Positions 38,452 through 40,320 of a stretch of DNA of 40,320 nt are shown one piece after another. Under the pieces are notes generated by a model. The model worked only from the letters and a program-made list of their open reading frames with translations, did not search any database and was not told the origin of the DNA. The position numbers and the translations under genes were made by a program. The stretch is from a virus (taxonomy: Duplodnaviria > Heunggongvirae > Uroviricota > Caudoviricetes). The stretch lies in IMG/VR virus record IMGVR_UViG_2698536428_000017; one strand, 5' to 3'. The stretch's first letter is position 1. Every line of letters starts with the position of its first letter.

Positions 38452-39845
38452 CCTCGCCGCCGTAGCAATGCCACCTGCGCAAGTATGCTCCGCTCGTGAG
38501 CCTCGAAAGCTTCGCGCTTTAACGCAATCTCTTCCTGCAAAATCTCATCAGAAAAGTCGTAATGTTCTGCCATCGGGTCATCTGACTTGCTGGAGTGGTG
38601 AAGGCAAAGGAGGCTGATTTCCCTTCGGTCTGATCGGGAATAGCCTCTTTCCTTCATCAAGGCAATAACATTGCTCTTAAGGAATTTACGGCACATCGTA
38701 TTAAATGCACCGTCTTTCCCTTTAACAGTCCCATCATGTTTTATTCCTTTTACAGCCCCATCCGGGCTGTATGTTTTCACTAGCTTATCCAGTGATCGTT
38801 TTGAAAATGGCTGCATTGGATCACGCGGCTGCAAAAATACATAATCCCTGTTGCACTCAGGAACTGAATCACGCCATGCTTTCTGCTCGTCGATAATCCG
38901 CCGGATCTCCGGCGTTATTGGCAGGCGGAAAGCCTTTTGTGTTTTCATAGCCCCTCGCATGCCGATAACCCCTTCAGGATAAACAATTTCGCCAGTCTCC
39001 TCGTGAACGTAGTCCCAGCGCAGGTTATGGACATTAATCGGACGAACGCCGGTGATGATCATGAAGCGAACAGCATTCTTCTGGTGTACAGAGGTGCAGG
39101 CGGCAACATTGAGCCAGAGCCGGGCGATTGACTCAATATCGGTAAAAAGCCGTGTGGGGGTGGGTTTCTGTACGCGGGAGGAAACATAATCATCTGGCAG
39201 ACTGGCAGCAACATTGCGACCGTTACAAAGAGTAGGTGCGCAGAACTTCCAGAACCGACGGAGCTCGGCAAACAACTCCAGGGCGTTATTGTTCGAGCGA
39301 GTGGCGATCCACTCGTCCAGCACTTCCACCAGCCGATTGTATGTTACGTCGCTGAACACCTCACGCTCGCCGAACGTTGCTTTAATCCGGTCGATACGCA
39401 CCCCGTAGGTTGTGAAACTGTCCGGGCTCAGCTTCTGCCGGGCGACTTTGGCTTTGAGGTCATCCCGGTACATTTCCAGCGCTGCATGTACGGACTCTGC
39501 CCGCAAGCCACCGTCAGCCATACCTAGCGCTTTTTCGCGCGCCAGCTGGATAGCGAGCTCCGGCCACTCGCCGAGCTTTTTACCCTTGAGGCCCATCTTT
39601 TTTGGAAACTCGGCGTAAAATGTAACCTTACCGGCTTTGCTGAAATCGATACGGAGATAGTTCTCTTTTTCGTATTTGGAACGGCGAGCCACGCCGGAAG
39701 CAGCGAGGATGATTTTGGCGGCAGCAACACAGATTTTCATGTGTGCGCTGGTATAGGGGGGTTTACAGGCGTCCCATTTTTCAGATGCGGCTAAAACATC
39801 GTCATTATTGGGGCTATCCGGATTATGTGTTACAGTGCGCGGCAT
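38448..39845 (-). CDS. Tyrosine integrase
   Basis: C-terminal half carries recombinase-like residues (TGVRPINV, LHH, EHY); adjacent to host gene; first ATG at 39845 (track ORF begins at TTG 39851), true start may be further in. Confidence 0.7.
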   Translation of the reverse strand: MPRTVTHNPDSPNNDDVLAASEKWDACKPPYTSAHMKICVAAAKIILAASGVARRSKYEKENYLRIDFSKAGKVTFYAEFPKKMGLKGKKLGEWPELAIQLAREKALGMADGGLRAESVHAALEMYRDDLKAKVARQKLSPDSFTTYGVRIDRIKATFGEREVFSDVTYNRLVEVLDEWIATRSNNNALELFAELRRFWKFCAPTLCNGRNVAASLPDDYVSSRVQKPTPTRLFTDIESIARLWLNVAACTSVHQKNAVRFMIITGVRPINVHNLRWDYVHEETGEIVYPEGVIGMRGAMKTQKAFRLPITPEIRRIIDEQKAWRDSVPECNRDYVFLQPRDPMQPFSKRSLDKLVKTYSPDGAVKGIKHDGTVKGKDGAFNTMCRKFLKSNVIALMKERGYSRSDRREISLLCLHHSSKSDDPMAEHYDFSDEILQEEIALKREAFEAHERSILAQVALLRRRG

Positions 39846-40050
39846 TCTCAATCCTTATCTGCGTAGGCGCAGAAAACAAGCTCACACATACAAGTCTTTT
39901 CTACGGGACAAAATGCAATGTGTTGCGGTTTTGTGTTGCTGGACTGAGTTTATCAAGGTTAAATACACTGGATCAACATACAGTAAGTTAATGACAGTAA
40001 AGCATACAAACTCGATACAACTTACTGATTTTAAAATGATTTAACGGTAA

Positions 40051-40320
<270 letters not shown>

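Overview
This window is almost entirely one temperate prophage in an enterobacterial chromosome; an IS2 copy and a yfhL-like ferredoxin gene at the right edge point to Escherichia/Shigella. All calls rest on manual reading of the ORF track and sequence; no database search was run, so family names are recollection-based. Layout: (1) 1-21810, minus strand, late operon running right to left: lambda-like lysis cassette (dual-start S-like holin, R-like transglycosylase, Rz-like spanin), terminase small and large subunits, portal, MuF-like protein, scaffold, capsid, head-tail genes, then a contractile tail (sheath, tube, chaperone with a predicted -1 frameshift, tape measure, baseplate, start of tail fibre). 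(2) 21894-25307: tR'-like terminator, QuuD-like Q antiterminator, an iteron plus DnaA-box origin, a primase-helicase and a Cro-like gene. (3) 25449-28402: CI-like repressor, an IS2 with intact 5-bp target duplication, and a low-GC zinc-ribbon gene. (4) 28594-38451, plus strand: replication operon (Cas4-like nuclease, SSB-like protein, family A DNA polymerase, PerC/ANR-like regulator, NDT-like protein, VRR-NUC, SNF2 helicase, AlpA-like protein). (5) Convergent tyrosine integrase beside yfhL. The best candidates for an undescribed system are the low-GC accessory insertions: a three-gene membrane-associated cassette (35116-36789), a two-gene moron with its own promoter and terminator inside the baseplate operon (3392-4547) next to a secreted protein gene, and a ~30% GC membrane protein gene (31596-32225). 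No CRISPR array, tRNA or rRNA was seen.
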